Made by a program: the position numbers and the translations under genes
Shown here: positions 31,076 to 41,282 of the stretch, in pieces
Numbering within the stretch: position 1 is the stretch's first letter
Layout of the letters: each line of letters starts with the position of its first letter
Notes under the pieces: model-generated
The model's database searches: none
Seen by the model: only the letters and a program-made list of their open reading frames with translations
Told to the model about the DNA's origin: nothing
Origin: Prosthecodimorpha hirschii
GTDB lineage: Bacteria; Pseudomonadota; Alphaproteobacteria; Rhizobiales; Ancalomicrobiaceae
Assembly: GCF_001305515.1 (NCBI RefSeq)
Contig: NZ_LJYW01000001.1
Location: forward strand, 2,381,618-2,445,617
DNA length: 64,000 nt
Reading direction: 5' to 3'

Positions 31076-32926
31076 TCACGGCTTCGCGGCCGCCGCGCCG
31101 CCATGTTGCGCACCCGCCAGCGCGCCGCCGAGAATCGCCGCCGCTCCGGCCAGACCGGAGCCGTCGGACGAGACCACGGTCTGCGGCACCAGCCGGGAGA
31201 TCAGCCCGACGATCTCGGGCTTGCGTTCGAGCGTCAGCAGAACCTTCTCCAGCGCCTGCAGCATGGCAACCCGATCCTGACCGAGGACGCCGGCCTGGGC
31301 CATCTGGCCCTTGGCCAGTTCCTCCAGGAACTTGCGTTCCGCGCGGCCGAGGGCCTCGCGCTCCTGCTCGCGCTGGCCGGCGACCTGCACGGCGATCTGG
31401 CTCTCCACCAGGCGCGGCTGCTCGTTGGCGGTGGCGCGGGCCTGTTCGGTCTCGATGCGCTTGGTCTGCGCCGCGGTCTCGCGCACATAGGATTGTGACA
31501 GCTGGTCGGCGAGTTGCTGGCGCAGCCGCGGGATCAGGATTTCCGGCGGGATGGCCGGCTCGCCGAGCCGGATCTCGCGGATGTCGACGCCGGCCTTGCG
31601 GCCTTCGATGCGGATGATCGACGCGATGGTCTGCTCGATCGCTTCGCGATTCTCGATCAGGTCGAGCACGCGCGTGGAGCGGACCTCGAAGCGCGCCGGC
31701 TGGGCCAGCGACCCGTCGGCATTGCGCACCGGCACGCGGATCGCCGATCCCGAGACGGTCCGGACCACCGAGCGGATCGCCGGCACCAGGATGCGGTCCT
31801 CGATCTCGCGCAGGCCGCCGACGCTGCCGACCACGATCGGCGCATCCTGCGGATCGACCTGGACCAGGACGCGCAATTCGATCGGGATGTCCCAGCCTTC
31901 GATCTTGACGAAGACCGCGCGATCGGCGGCATTCTGCGGCACCGGCTCGTTCGAGGAGCGTTCGTTCTGGCGGATGTTGCCCTGCTGGTCGACGGAGAGA
32001 TCCACCGAGCGCTTGAGATAGCCGCCCTTGAATTCCCAGGTCTGGACCCGGGTATCGACCAGCGTCACCTCATAGGCGCGCTTGTTCATGTAGAAGGCGC
32101 CGGGCAGCAGCGGTTCCTTCCAGATGCCGACGCAGCCGCGCGGCACCAGCGGCACCGAGAGACTTTCCGAGTTCGGCGCCTGTGCCACCGTCGGCGTCGC
32201 CGGGCCGCCGACCACCGGCGCGGCCGTGACGCGTTCCTCCCGGCAGACCACGCCGGGCGTCGCGACGTTGGATTTGACCACGCCGACATGGCCGGCCGGG
32301 ATCAGGGTGGCGGGCGTCTCCTTGTCGACCTTCACGTCGAACAGATAGCGGTTCAGCCGGTAGGAACCGGGCTTCAGCACCGTCTCCTGGGGGCCGCGAT
32401 AGCCGCCCTTGCGCAGGAAGCTCTCCGCATCGAGCATCTCGGCGAGCCGGTCGTCGGGAATCGCCGGGGCCATGAACATGCCGGCCGGCATCGGCGCGCC
32501 GTCGACCGCGGTGACCTGGCCGTAGAAGCCTTCCGGCACGTCGACCAGCGCCATTTCCTCGATCTGATAGAGGACGCGCACGAAGGGAATGACGTGAAAG
32601 CCCGGTCCGAGCACGGTCGCCTGCGGCCCCTTCTGGCCGGGCAGCGCGACGACATGGCCGGGCGGCAATTCCTGGAAGGCATAGACCCGCTTGAGATGCC
32701 CGACCTGATCGGCCGCGACATAGACGAAGGATGTGTTGGCGAGCATCAGGACGCCGAGCGCGATGAATCCGAGCCCGATCGCGCTGCGCCCGAGGCCGGC
32801 GAGGAGCGTCTGCACCAGGTTCGGCTTGCCGGACGGGGCATTGTCGGGTGCCGCCGAAAGGCCGCGGCGGAAAAAGAGGTACAGCCCGATCGCGATGGCG
32901 ACGGAGCCCCAGAAAATCCACATCAT
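31076..32926 (-). CDS. SPFH/band-7 flotillin-like membrane protein (YqiK family)
   Basis: N-terminal TM MMWIFWGSVAIAIGLYLFF, long SPFH domain and coiled-coil EA-rich region. Confidence 0.8.
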   Translation of the reverse strand: MMWIFWGSVAIAIGLYLFFRRGLSAAPDNAPSGKPNLVQTLLAGLGRSAIGLGFIALGVLMLANTSFVYVAADQVGHLKRVYAFQELPPGHVVALPGQKGPQATVLGPGFHVIPFVRVLYQIEEMALVDVPEGFYGQVTAVDGAPMPAGMFMAPAIPDDRLAEMLDAESFLRKGGYRGPQETVLKPGSYRLNRYLFDVKVDKETPATLIPAGHVGVVKSNVATPGVVCREERVTAAPVVGGPATPTVAQAPNSESLSVPLVPRGCVGIWKEPLLPGAFYMNKRAYEVTLVDTRVQTWEFKGGYLKRSVDLSVDQQGNIRQNERSSNEPVPQNAADRAVFVKIEGWDIPIELRVLVQVDPQDAPIVVGSVGGLREIEDRILVPAIRSVVRTVSGSAIRVPVRNADGSLAQPARFEVRSTRVLDLIENREAIEQTIASIIRIEGRKAGVDIREIRLGEPAIPPEILIPRLRQQLADQLSQSYVRETAAQTKRIETEQARATANEQPRLVESQIAVQVAGQREQEREALGRAERKFLEELAKGQMAQAGVLGQDRVAMLQALEKVLLTLERKPEIVGLISRLVPQTVVSSDGSGLAGAAAILGGALAGAQHGGAAAAKP

Positions 32927-33047
32927 GGCCGGGTCTCTCCCGAAGACCGCATCCCCCGGGATCAGACTATGCTGACGTTACGACGTTCACGCAACGCATG
33001 CAGAGATTCATTCTGAAGCATGCTGAAGCATGCGTTCCGGAACCCGG

Positions 33048-34142
33048 TCAGCCCCCGAGCGCGGCCGCCAGCCGCGACCAGGCCGGTGCGGTTCCGGGCA
33101 GGCCGAAGCGCAGCCAGGTCGGCTCGGCGAAGGCGCGGGTCAGGATGCCGGCGATGGCGAGGCGGTGATGCAGTCCCGCCGCGTCGGCATGTCGGGCGAG
33201 CCGGAACAGCGGCGTGCCGCCGATGATCTCGAAGCCGGCGCCGACGAGCAGGCGGTCGAGCCGCGCCGCGTCGGCCTCCAGCCGCGCGGTGGCGACTTCG
33301 AGCCAGGCCCGATCGGCGAGCGCGCGCGCGCCGATCTCGAGCGCCGGCCCCGGCACCGCCCAGGGGCCGAGGGCCGCGCCGAGACGCGCGACCAATGCGC
33401 CATCGCCCAGCGCGAAGCCGAGGCGCAGGCCGGCCAGCCCATAGGCCTTGCCGAAGGAGCGCAGCACCAGGGTGCCCGGCGGCCGGAGCGGCAGGAGGCC
33501 GGCCGGAAAGGCGCCGGGAGCGGGCCGGATCACGTCCATGAAGGCCTCGTCGACCACCAGCGTGCCGCCCGCCGCCGCGATCCCGTGCGCGATTTCCGCG
33601 AGCGCCGCCGGCGCGATCAGGCGGCCGTCCGGATTGTTCGGATTGACGATCACCGCCACGTCCGCGCCGGCCAGCGCAGAAGCCTCCGCGACCCGCTCGA
33701 CCCGGCGCCCGGCCAGCCGCCAGACCGATTCGTGCTCCTGGTAGGTGAAGCCGAGGACGCGCACCCGGGGGCCCGGCAGCAGGTCCGGCAGGCGCTGGAT
33801 CAGGGCCTGCGTGCCGGGCGCCGCCACAACGGCGGTCTCCGGCCCGGCGCCGTAGGCGATCCTGGCGGCAGCGATCAAGCGGTCGACCGCATCCCGGCCG
33901 GGCAGGCGCGTCCAAGCGTCGGCCGAGATCTCGCCGACCGGATAGGGCACCGGGTTGATGCCGGTGGAGAGGTCGATCCACGGCGAAGGCGCATCCGGAT
34001 GGAGCCGGCGGGCGGTCGCCAGATCGCCGCCGTGATGTATGGCGGCGCCATGCTGCATGGCTGCGCCATGATGCACGGCTGCGCCGTGGTGCACGGCTGC
34101 GCCGGCCTCGGCCACACCGCCGGCCTCCCCGGTCCGGTCCAT
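33048..34142 (-). CDS. cobC: L-threonine-O-3-phosphate decarboxylase (CobC, P. denitrificans nomenclature; CobD in Salmonella)
   Basis: Class I/II aminotransferase fold with HGGD...LSTGINPVPYP signature; unusual N-terminal His-rich in-frame repeat precedes HGGD. Confidence 0.8.
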   Translation of the reverse strand: MDRTGEAGGVAEAGAAVHHGAAVHHGAAMQHGAAIHHGGDLATARRLHPDAPSPWIDLSTGINPVPYPVGEISADAWTRLPGRDAVDRLIAAARIAYGAGPETAVVAAPGTQALIQRLPDLLPGPRVRVLGFTYQEHESVWRLAGRRVERVAEASALAGADVAVIVNPNNPDGRLIAPAALAEIAHGIAAAGGTLVVDEAFMDVIRPAPGAFPAGLLPLRPPGTLVLRSFGKAYGLAGLRLGFALGDGALVARLGAALGPWAVPGPALEIGARALADRAWLEVATARLEADAARLDRLLVGAGFEIIGGTPLFRLARHADAAGLHHRLAIAGILTRAFAEPTWLRFGLPGTAPAWSRLAAALGG

Positions 34143-34756
34143 CAGAACTCGATCCCCTGCTGGGCCTTCACGCCGGCGGCGAAGTGATGCTTGACGAGGG
34201 TCATCTCGGTGACCGTGTCGGCCGCCTCGATCAGCTCCGGCTTGGCATTGCGCCCCGTGACCACGACGGTCAGGTCCGGCCGGCGGGCCTGCAGCGTCTC
34301 GATCACCTCGGCCAGCGGCAGGTAGTCGTAGCGCAGCGCGATGTTCAGTTCGTCGAGAACCAAGAGGCGGATCGCCGGATCGGCCATCAGCTCGCGCGCC
34401 TTGTCGAAGGCGCGGGTGGCGGCGGCCACGTCACGGGCGCGGTCCTGGGTCTCCCAGGTGAAGCCCTCGCCCATCGAATGCCAGCGCACCTGATCGCCGA
34501 AGCGGTCGAGTGCATGCCGCTCGCCGGTGTCCCAGGCGCCCTTGATGAACTGCACGACGCCGACCGTCCAGCCGTGGCCGAGCGCCCGCATGACGAGGCC
34601 GAAGGCGGCCGTCGACTTGCCCTTGCCGGGGCCGGTATGGACGATCAGCAGGCCCTTTTCGGCGATCGTCTTGGACGCCACCTCGGCATCCTGGACCGCC
34701 TTGCGCTTGGCCATCTTGGCGCGGTGGCGGGCTTCGTCGTCGGTCTCGTCGGTCAT
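34142..34756 (-). CDS. cobO: cob(I)yrinic acid a,c-diamide adenosyltransferase
   Basis: HTGPGKGKSTAAFG P-loop, LLVLDELN; start MTDETDDE with GAGGAG RBS; overlaps cobC start. Confidence 0.88.
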   Translation of the reverse strand: MTDETDDEARHRAKMAKRKAVQDAEVASKTIAEKGLLIVHTGPGKGKSTAAFGLVMRALGHGWTVGVVQFIKGAWDTGERHALDRFGDQVRWHSMGEGFTWETQDRARDVAAATRAFDKARELMADPAIRLLVLDELNIALRYDYLPLAEVIETLQARRPDLTVVVTGRNAKPELIEAADTVTEMTLVKHHFAAGVKAQQGIEF

Positions 34757-34914
34757 GGCGGTCTCCTCGCCTGCCTGAAGACCACGACGCCGCCGCCCGG
34801 GCAAGCCGCCAGGCGACGCGACCCGTCGCATCCGGGGTGTCGATCCGGCCGGTCGACCGTCGACGGCCTTGCGGACGATTGACAGGACGCGGATGCCGCG
34901 CCCATAAACGAGAA

Positions 34915-35125
34915 TGCGTAGGTCCCTCCTTCGAACGAGGGTGAAAAGGGAATGCGGTGATCCCGAAGGGGCTTCGGCCCGGCGGGCTACTCCGCAGCTG
35001 CCCCCGCAACTGTAAGCGGCGAGCTGTGCCGCCGAACGCCACTGGTCCCTCGGGATCGGGAAGGCGGCGGCCTCGGCGACGACCCGCGAGCCAGGAGACC
35101 TGCCGACGCATCCGATCCAGCCAGG
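34915..35125 (+). ncRNA. cobalamin (AdoCbl) riboswitch
   Basis: GGTGAAAAGGGAATGCGGTGA core, downstream B12 box GCCACTG (35038-35044); TTGACA -35-like at 34879; leader of cbtB-cbtA-cobW-cobN. Confidence 0.85.
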
Positions 35126-35154
35126 TCCGCCGGAGGGGCGGAGAGGAGAAGACC

Positions 35155-35364
35155 ATGACCGTCAGCATCGCCGCCGCCTCGACCGCCAGCACCGAAACCG
35201 GCCTCGCCGAAGCCGGCATCGACCGCGTTGTCGCCCTCAAGGCCGCCGCGGTCGCCGCGCTGATGGGCCTCGCGCTGGTCTTCACGACCGGCTTCGCGCA
35301 TCCGGAGCTGCTGCACAACGCGGCGCACGATTCGCGCCACGCCATGAATTTCCCCTGCCACTGA
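35155..35364 (+). CDS. cbtB: cobalt transporter subunit CbtB
   Basis: 69 aa, one TM, C-terminal His-rich HNAAHDSRH; GAGAGGAG RBS. Confidence 0.8.
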   Translation: MTVSIAAASTASTETGLAEAGIDRVVALKAAAVAALMGLALVFTTGFAHPELLHNAAHDSRHAMNFPCH

Positions 35365-35377
35365 CGGCCTGATCGTC

Positions 35378-36205
35378 ATGCTCGGACGGGTGCTGTGGGT
35401 CGGCCTGTTGGCCGGCCTCGCGGCAGGACTTGCGACGGCGGTCCTGCAGCACGTCACAACCACGCCTCTGATTCTGGTCGCCGAGACCTACGAGACCGCC
35501 GCCCCGCACCAGCACGGCGCCCTGCCGGGCCAGCACGGCGCTTTGCCGGGCCATGGTGTTGCGGGCGCTGTCGTGCCGGGCGCTGTCCTGGCCGGCCGCG
35601 CCCTGCCGGACGGCGCGGTGCGGGTCGCCCACAATCACGGCACGCCGGCGGCGACCGCGACCGATGCGAGCGCCGCCGCGGCCGAGGCCGACGAGGGCTG
35701 GAAGCCCGCAGACGGCTGGCAGCGCACGGCGGTGACGGCACTCGCCACCGTCCTGACCTCGATCGGTTGGGCCCTGGTGCTGATCGCCGGCATGCTGATC
35801 GCCGGCGACCGGATCACGGTACGCAACGCGATCGGCTGGGGCGCGGCGGCCTTCGCGGCGACCGGGCTCGCGACCGGTCTGGGGCTCGCCCCGGAACTGC
35901 CGGGCTCGGCGGCCGGCGATCTCGTCGCCCGCCAGATCTGGTGGATCGGCACCGCCGCGGCGAGCGCGGCCGGCCTCTACGGCCTGCTCCGCCTGCAGTC
36001 GATCGGCGCGCGGATCGGCAGCCTGATCCTGATCGCGATCCCGCATCTGGTCGGCGCGCCGCATCCGGCCAAATACGAGAGCACGGTGCCGGCCGAACTG
36101 GCGGCCCATTTCGCCGCCTCCTCGCTGGCGCTGACGGCCGCGATGTGGATGCTGATCGCCTGCGCGGTCGGCATGATCTGGGAGCGGTCGGCGCACCGTG
36201 CCTGA
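35378..36205 (+). CDS. cbtA: cobalt transporter subunit CbtA
   Basis: 275 aa multi-TM with HQHGALPGQHGALPGH His-rich loop; follows cbtB. Confidence 0.8.
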   Translation: MLGRVLWVGLLAGLAAGLATAVLQHVTTTPLILVAETYETAAPHQHGALPGQHGALPGHGVAGAVVPGAVLAGRALPDGAVRVAHNHGTPAATATDASAAAAEADEGWKPADGWQRTAVTALATVLTSIGWALVLIAGMLIAGDRITVRNAIGWGAAAFAATGLATGLGLAPELPGSAAGDLVARQIWWIGTAAASAAGLYGLLRLQSIGARIGSLILIAIPHLVGAPHPAKYESTVPAELAAHFAASSLALTAAMWMLIACAVGMIWERSAHRA

Positions 36206-36227
36206 TCCCGCCGAGAAGGGGCACGCG

Positions 36228-36626
36228 ATGCCCGACACGACGGTCACCATCCTGGTCTGCGCCAATTGCCGGCGGGCCGACGAGCCCGGCGAACCGCGCG
36301 ACGAGCGCTCCGGCGCCCGCCTCGCCCGTGCCCTCGCCGCTGCCGCAGAGGGCGCTCCGGGCGTGACGGTGCTGCCGGTCGAATGCCTCAGCGTCTGCAA
36401 GCGCCCGGTCACGATCGGGTTTGCGGCGCCCGGCAAGTGGACCTACGTCTATGGCGATTTCGCCGAGACCACCGACGCGGCGGCCGGACGCATCCTCGCC
36501 GCCGCCGAACAGTATCGCGCCGCGCCGGACGGGCTGATCCCCTGGAAGGAGCGTCCCGACGCTCTGAAGAAGGGCGTCGTCGCCCGCATCCCCCCGATTC
36601 CCGCAGTTCCCGAGGCCGCCGAATGA
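36228..36626 (+). CDS. DUF1636 metal-binding protein (cob-cluster associated)
   Basis: CANCRR...C...C Cys pattern, conserved position before cobW. Confidence 0.6.
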   Translation: MPDTTVTILVCANCRRADEPGEPRDERSGARLARALAAAAEGAPGVTVLPVECLSVCKRPVTIGFAAPGKWTYVYGDFAETTDAAAGRILAAAEQYRAAPDGLIPWKERPDALKKGVVARIPPIPAVPEAAE

Positions 36627-37669
36627 ACCCTCCCGCCCCCTCCCTCGCCAAGGTTCCGGTGACCATCGTCACCGGCTTCCTGGGCGCCGGCAAGACCACG
36701 CTGATCCGGCACGTCCTGGAGACGGTGCGCGGCCGCCGCCTGGCGCTGATCGTCAACGAGTTCGGCGATGTCGGCGTCGACGGCGAGATCCTGAAGGCCT
36801 GCGGGGTCGACTCCTGCCCCGAGGAGAATATCGTCGAGCTGGCCAATGGCTGCCTGTGCTGCACCGTGGCCGACGATTTCGTGCCGGCCATCGAGGCGCT
36901 GCTCGCCCATCCGAACCGGCCGGACCACATCATCGTCGAGACCTCCGGCCTCGCCCTGCCGAAGCCGCTGGTCAAGGCCTTCGACTGGCCGCCGGTGCGC
37001 GCGCGGCTGACCGTCGACGGCGTCATCGCCGTGGTCGATGCCGCTGCGGCGGCGGACGGCCGCTTCGCCGACGATCCCGAGGCCGTGCAGGCCCAGCGGG
37101 CGGCGGATGAGGCCGTCGACCACGACAATCCGCTCGAGGAGGTCTACGAGGACCAGCTCCTGTGCGCCGACCTGATCATCCTCAATAAGGCCGATCTGAT
37201 CGCCACCGAGGAGGTCGGCCGCATCGGCGCGGAGATCGGCGCCGCCATCCCGCGCGCGGTCAAGATCGTGGCGACCCGCGACGGCAAGATCGACGCCGCC
37301 GTGCTGCTCGGCCTCGGCGCCGCCGCGGAGGACGATCTCGCCGCCCGGCCGTCGCATCACGATAACGAGGCGGAGCACGACCACGACGATTTCGACAGCT
37401 TCGTCGTCGAACTGGCCGAGACCACCGATCCGTCGGCGCTGGTTGCGCGGCTCGCCGACATCGCCGAAGCCCATGACGTGCTGCGCATGAAGGGCTTCGT
37501 GGCGGTCGCCGGCAAGCCGATGCGGCTCCTGGTGCAGGGCGTCGGCACGCGCTTCCGGCGCGATTTCGACCGCGCCTGGGCGCCCGGCGAGGCGCGCCGC
37601 AGCCGGCTGGTGGTGATCGGCCGCAAGGGGCTCGACCGCGCGGCCATCGAGGCGGCCCTCGCCGCCTGA
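36623..37669 (+). CDS. cobW: cobalamin biosynthesis GTPase/metallochaperone CobW
   Basis: GFLGAGKTTL P-loop, CxCC motif GCLCCT, His-rich stretch HHDNEAEHDHDD. Confidence 0.92.
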   Translation: MNPPAPSLAKVPVTIVTGFLGAGKTTLIRHVLETVRGRRLALIVNEFGDVGVDGEILKACGVDSCPEENIVELANGCLCCTVADDFVPAIEALLAHPNRPDHIIVETSGLALPKPLVKAFDWPPVRARLTVDGVIAVVDAAAAADGRFADDPEAVQAQRAADEAVDHDNPLEEVYEDQLLCADLIILNKADLIATEEVGRIGAEIGAAIPRAVKIVATRDGKIDAAVLLGLGAAAEDDLAARPSHHDNEAEHDHDDFDSFVVELAETTDPSALVARLADIAEAHDVLRMKGFVAVAGKPMRLLVQGVGTRFRRDFDRAWAPGEARRSRLVVIGRKGLDRAAIEAALAA

Positions 37670-37706
37670 CGCCCGCACCGCCGACCGGCGGGGAGAGGGA
37701 GGAAAG

Positions 37707-40700
37707 GTGCATCTCGTCGCGGAGGACGTGCGCTCGCTGGACGAGACCGAGGCGGCCGTGGATCTCGGCCAGTCCCCGGGCGAGATCGTCGTGCTGTCCT
37801 TCTCCGATTCCGATCTCGGCGCCGTCGCGGCCGCCGCCGCGGCGATGCCCGATCCGTCCGGTCTGCCCAGCCTGCGCCTCGCCGCGCTCGGCCGCCTGAA
37901 GCACCCCTATTCGGTCGATCTCTATCTGGAGAAGACCTGCGCGGACGCCCGCATGATCGTGGTCCGCTGCCTCGGCGGGGCCGACTACTGGCGCTACGGC
38001 ATCGACGAACTGGCCGTGCTCGCCCGCGCCCGCGGCATCGCGCTGGCGGTGGTCCCGGGCGACCACATGCCGGATCTGCGCCTCGAACGCGCCTCGACGC
38101 TGCCGCCCGACGATCTCGGTCGCATCTGGGCCTGGTTCCAGGAGGGCGGGCCGGACAACATGGCCTCGCTCATCGGCTTCCTCGCCGACAAGGCCGGCCG
38201 ACCGAGCCCCTGGGCCCCGCCGGTGCCGGTGCCGGCGGCCGGCCCCTTCGCGGCGGCCTGCCGGGAGGCTCCCGCCCCGGACGCCCCGCGCGCGCTGGTC
38301 GTGTTCTATCGCTCGCAGCTGCTGGCCGGAGACACCGCGCCGCTCCTGGCCCTGGCCGACGCCCTCCAGGCGCGCGGCTTCGCGGTCGCCACGCTGTCCG
38401 TGACCAGCCTGAAGGACCCGCGCGCCATCGCGGCCGTCGCAGCCGAGATCGCCGCGCACCCGCCGGCCGTGATCGTCAACACCACCGCCTTCTCGGCGCG
38501 GCTCGACGCCGGCGCTTCGGCGCGGCTCGATGCCGGCGCATCGGCGCGGCTGGACGCCGAGTCTGCGTCTTCGTCAGCGCCCGACGCCGCCGACGGCACG
38601 GTGCTCGACCGCGCCGGCGTGCCGGTGCTGCAGGCCATCCTGCCGACCACGCCGCGCGCGGCCTGGGCGGCTAACCGGCGCGGGCTGGGCGCCGCCGATC
38701 TGGCCATGAATGTCGTCCTGCCGGAACTGGACGGGCGCATCCTGGCCCGAGCCATCTCATTCAAGGCCTCGGAAGCGCCCGTGCCGGGGCTCGATTTCGC
38801 GATCGTGCGGCATCGGCCCGAGCCGGACGGCATCGCCTTCACGGCCGATCTCGCCGCCGCCTGGGCGCGCCTCGGGGCGAAGCCGCCGGCCGCGCGCCGG
38901 GTGGCGATCGTGCTGTCGGACTATCCGGCCAAGGGCGGCCGCACCGGCTATGCGGTCGGCCTCGACACGGCCGCCAGTCTCGCCGCCATCGTGGCCAGTC
39001 TGGCGGGAGCCGGCTATCGCGCCGGGGGCTTCCCGCCGGAAGACCACATGATGGCTGCCCTGGAAGGCCGGATGGCCGCCCCGGAGGAGGCGACGGTCGC
39101 CAAGGAGCGCCACCGGCATGAGCCCGACGGTCGAAACGCCGAGCCGCCGGCCGCGCCGGAGACCCCGACGCTCGGCCTCGACACCTATCGCCGGCTGTTC
39201 GCGGCCCTGCCGGCGGACTTCCGCGCCAGCGTGACGGCGGCCTGGGGCGATCCCGCGGAAGACCCGGCCGCGGCCGGCGGCGCCTTCCGGTTCCGGATGC
39301 TCGGCGCCAGCGCGGGTCTCGGCACCGACCTCGCGGAGTGCGCCGGCGCGATCGTCGCCGCGGTGCAGCCGGATCGCGGCCGGTCTGGCGCCCGCAAGGC
39401 CGACTACCACGACCCGAACCTGCCGCCCTGCCACTTCTATGTCGCCTTCTACCTCTGGCTCCGGCACGTCTTCCGGCTCGATGCGCTGGTCCATCTCGGC
39501 ACCCACGGCACGCTCGAATGGCTGCCCGGCAAGTCGGTCGCGCTGGCGGCGGACTGCGCGCCGGCCGTGCTCGCCGGCCCGGTGCCGGTGCTCTATCCGT
39601 TCATCGTCAACAATCCCGGCGAGGCCGCCCAGGCCAAGCGCCGGATCGGCGCCGTCACGATCGGCCACCTGACCCCGCCGCTCGTCCGCGCCGGCCACCA
39701 TGGCGCCGCGGCCGAGATCGAGCCGCTGCTCGACGAATATGCCGAGGCGCAGGGCTTGGATCCGCGCCGCGCCCGCCGTCTCGCCGCCGCCATCCTGGAC
39801 AAGGCCCGCGAGACGGGGCTGGCCGGCGAGGCCGGCATCGGGCCGGAGATCGAAGCCCGCGAGGCGCTGGCGCGGCTCGACGCCTGGCTGTGCGACCTGA
39901 AGGACATGCGCATCGGCGACGGCCTGCATGTCTATGGCCGCGCGCCCGCCGGCGAGCCCCGCCGTAGCACGGTCGCGCTGCTCGCCGAGGCGACCGGCGC
40001 AACGCCCAAGACCGTCGCCGACCGGCTCGACCGCTCGGCAGCAGCCGAGACCGCCGCCCTGCTGGCGGCGCTGGACGGTCGTTTTGTGGCGCCCGGCCCG
40101 GCCGGGGCGCCGGGGCGCGGCCGGCTCGACGTGCTGCCGACCGGGCGCAACCTGACCGCCGTCGACCCGCGCGCGATCCCGACCGCGACCGCCTGGGAGA
40201 TCGGCAGCCGTACCGCCGCGGAGGTGATGACCCGGCACGCCCAGGAGCACGGCGAATGGCCGCGCCGGGTCTTCGTCGACCTGTGGGGCTCGGCGAGCCT
40301 GCGCACCGGCGGCGACGATCTCGCCCAGGCCTTCGCCTATCTGGGCGTCCGTCCGGTGCGCGATCCCGGTTCAAGCCGGATTTCCGGCTTCGAGATCCTG
40401 TCGCCGTCCCGGCTCGACCGGCCGCGCGTCGACGTGACCTTGCGCATCTCCGGCCTGTTCCGCGACGTGTTCCCGGCCCAGATCGCGCTCTTCGACGAGG
40501 CCGCCCGCGCGGTCGCCCGCCTCGACGAGGACGACGACGTCAACCCGCTCGCCGCCGCCCGCCGCGCCGGCGAGGCCGAGGCCGCCCGCATCTTCGGCGC
40601 CGCCCCGGGCGCCTACGGGAGTGGGCTGTCGGATCGCCTCCAGGCGGACGACTTCGCCGACCGGGCCGATCTCGGCGCCGCCTATCTGTCGGCCTCCGCC

Positions 40701-41282
40701 TTCGCCTATGGGGCCGGACGCGACGGCGTCGCCGAGCCGGACCGGTTCCGCGCCCGCGTCGCGACCGCCGATGCCTTCGTGCATGTCGAGGATGACGGGC
40801 ACCGCGACATCCTCGATTCCGATGCCTTCGCGACCCATGAGGGCGGCTTCTCGGCGGCGGCCGCATCGCTCGGCGCCGCCCCGGCGCTCTACCATGCCGA
40901 CACGACCGGCCCCGGCCCGGCCAAGGTCAGGACGCTCGGCGAGGCGATCGCCCGGGTGGTGCGCGGGCGGGCGATCAATCCGCGCTGGATCGCCGGCCAG
41001 ATGCGCCACGGCCATCGCGGCGCGGCCGAGATCGCCGAGACGGTCGGCAACCTCTACGCCTTCGCGGCGACCACCGAGGCGGTGACCAGCCGGCAGTTCG
41101 ATCTCGTCTACGACGCCACGCTCGGCGACGACGCGGTGCGCGACTTCCTGCTCGCCGCCAATCCGGCCGCCGCCCAGGCCATCGCCCGCAGCTTCGCGGC
41201 GGCGCGCCGGCGCGGCTACTGGCACTGCCGGCGCAACGCCCCGCTCGCGCTCCTCGCCGAACTGACCGGGGACGCCGCATGA
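37707..41282 (+). CDS. cobN: aerobic cobaltochelatase subunit CobN
   Basis: 1191 aa CobN/Mg-chelatase H family; GTG start with GGGAGGGAGG RBS; internal [16 protein letters not shown] repeat. Confidence 0.93.
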   Translation: MHLVAEDVRSLDETEAAVDLGQSPGEIVVLSFSDSDLGAVAAAAAAMPDPSGLPSLRLAALGRLKHPYSVDLYLEKTCADARMIVVRCLGGADYWRYGIDELAVLARARGIALAVVPGDHMPDLRLERASTLPPDDLGRIWAWFQEGGPDNMASLIGFLADKAGRPSPWAPPVPVPAAGPFAAACREAPAPDAPRALVVFYRSQLLAGDTAPLLALADALQARGFAVATLSVTSLKDPRAIAAVAAEIAAHPPAVIVNTTAFSARLDAGASARLDAGASARLDAESASSSAPDAADGTVLDRAGVPVLQAILPTTPRAAWAANRRGLGAADLAMNVVLPELDGRILARAISFKASEAPVPGLDFAIVRHRPEPDGIAFTADLAAAWARLGAKPPAARRVAIVLSDYPAKGGRTGYAVGLDTAASLAAIVASLAGAGYRAGGFPPEDHMMAALEGRMAAPEEATVAKERHRHEPDGRNAEPPAAPETPTLGLDTYRRLFAALPADFRASVTAAWGDPAEDPAAAGGAFRFRMLGASAGLGTDLAECAGAIVAAVQPDRGRSGARKADYHDPNLPPCHFYVAFYLWLRHVFRLDALVHLGTHGTLEWLPGKSVALAADCAPAVLAGPVPVLYPFIVNNPGEAAQAKRRIGAVTIGHLTPPLVRAGHHGAAAEIEPLLDEYAEAQGLDPRRARRLAAAILDKARETGLAGEAGIGPEIEAREALARLDAWLCDLKDMRIGDGLHVYGRAPAGEPRRSTVALLAEATGATPKTVADRLDRSAAAETAALLAALDGRFVAPGPAGAPGRGRLDVLPTGRNLTAVDPRAIPTATAWEIGSRTAAEVMTRHAQEHGEWPRRVFVDLWGSASLRTGGDDLAQAFAYLGVRPVRDPGSSRISGFEILSPSRLDRPRVDVTLRISGLFRDVFPAQIALFDEAARAVARLDEDDDVNPLAAARRAGEAEAARIFGAAPGAYGSGLSDRLQADDFADRADLGAAYLSASAFAYGAGRDGVAEPDRFRARVATADAFVHVEDDGHRDILDSDAFATHEGGFSAAAASLGAAPALYHADTTGPGPAKVRTLGEAIARVVRGRAINPRWIAGQMRHGHRGAAEIAETVGNLYAFAATTEAVTSRQFDLVYDATLGDDAVRDFLLAANPAAAQAIARSFAAARRRGYWHCRRNAPLALLAELTGDAA

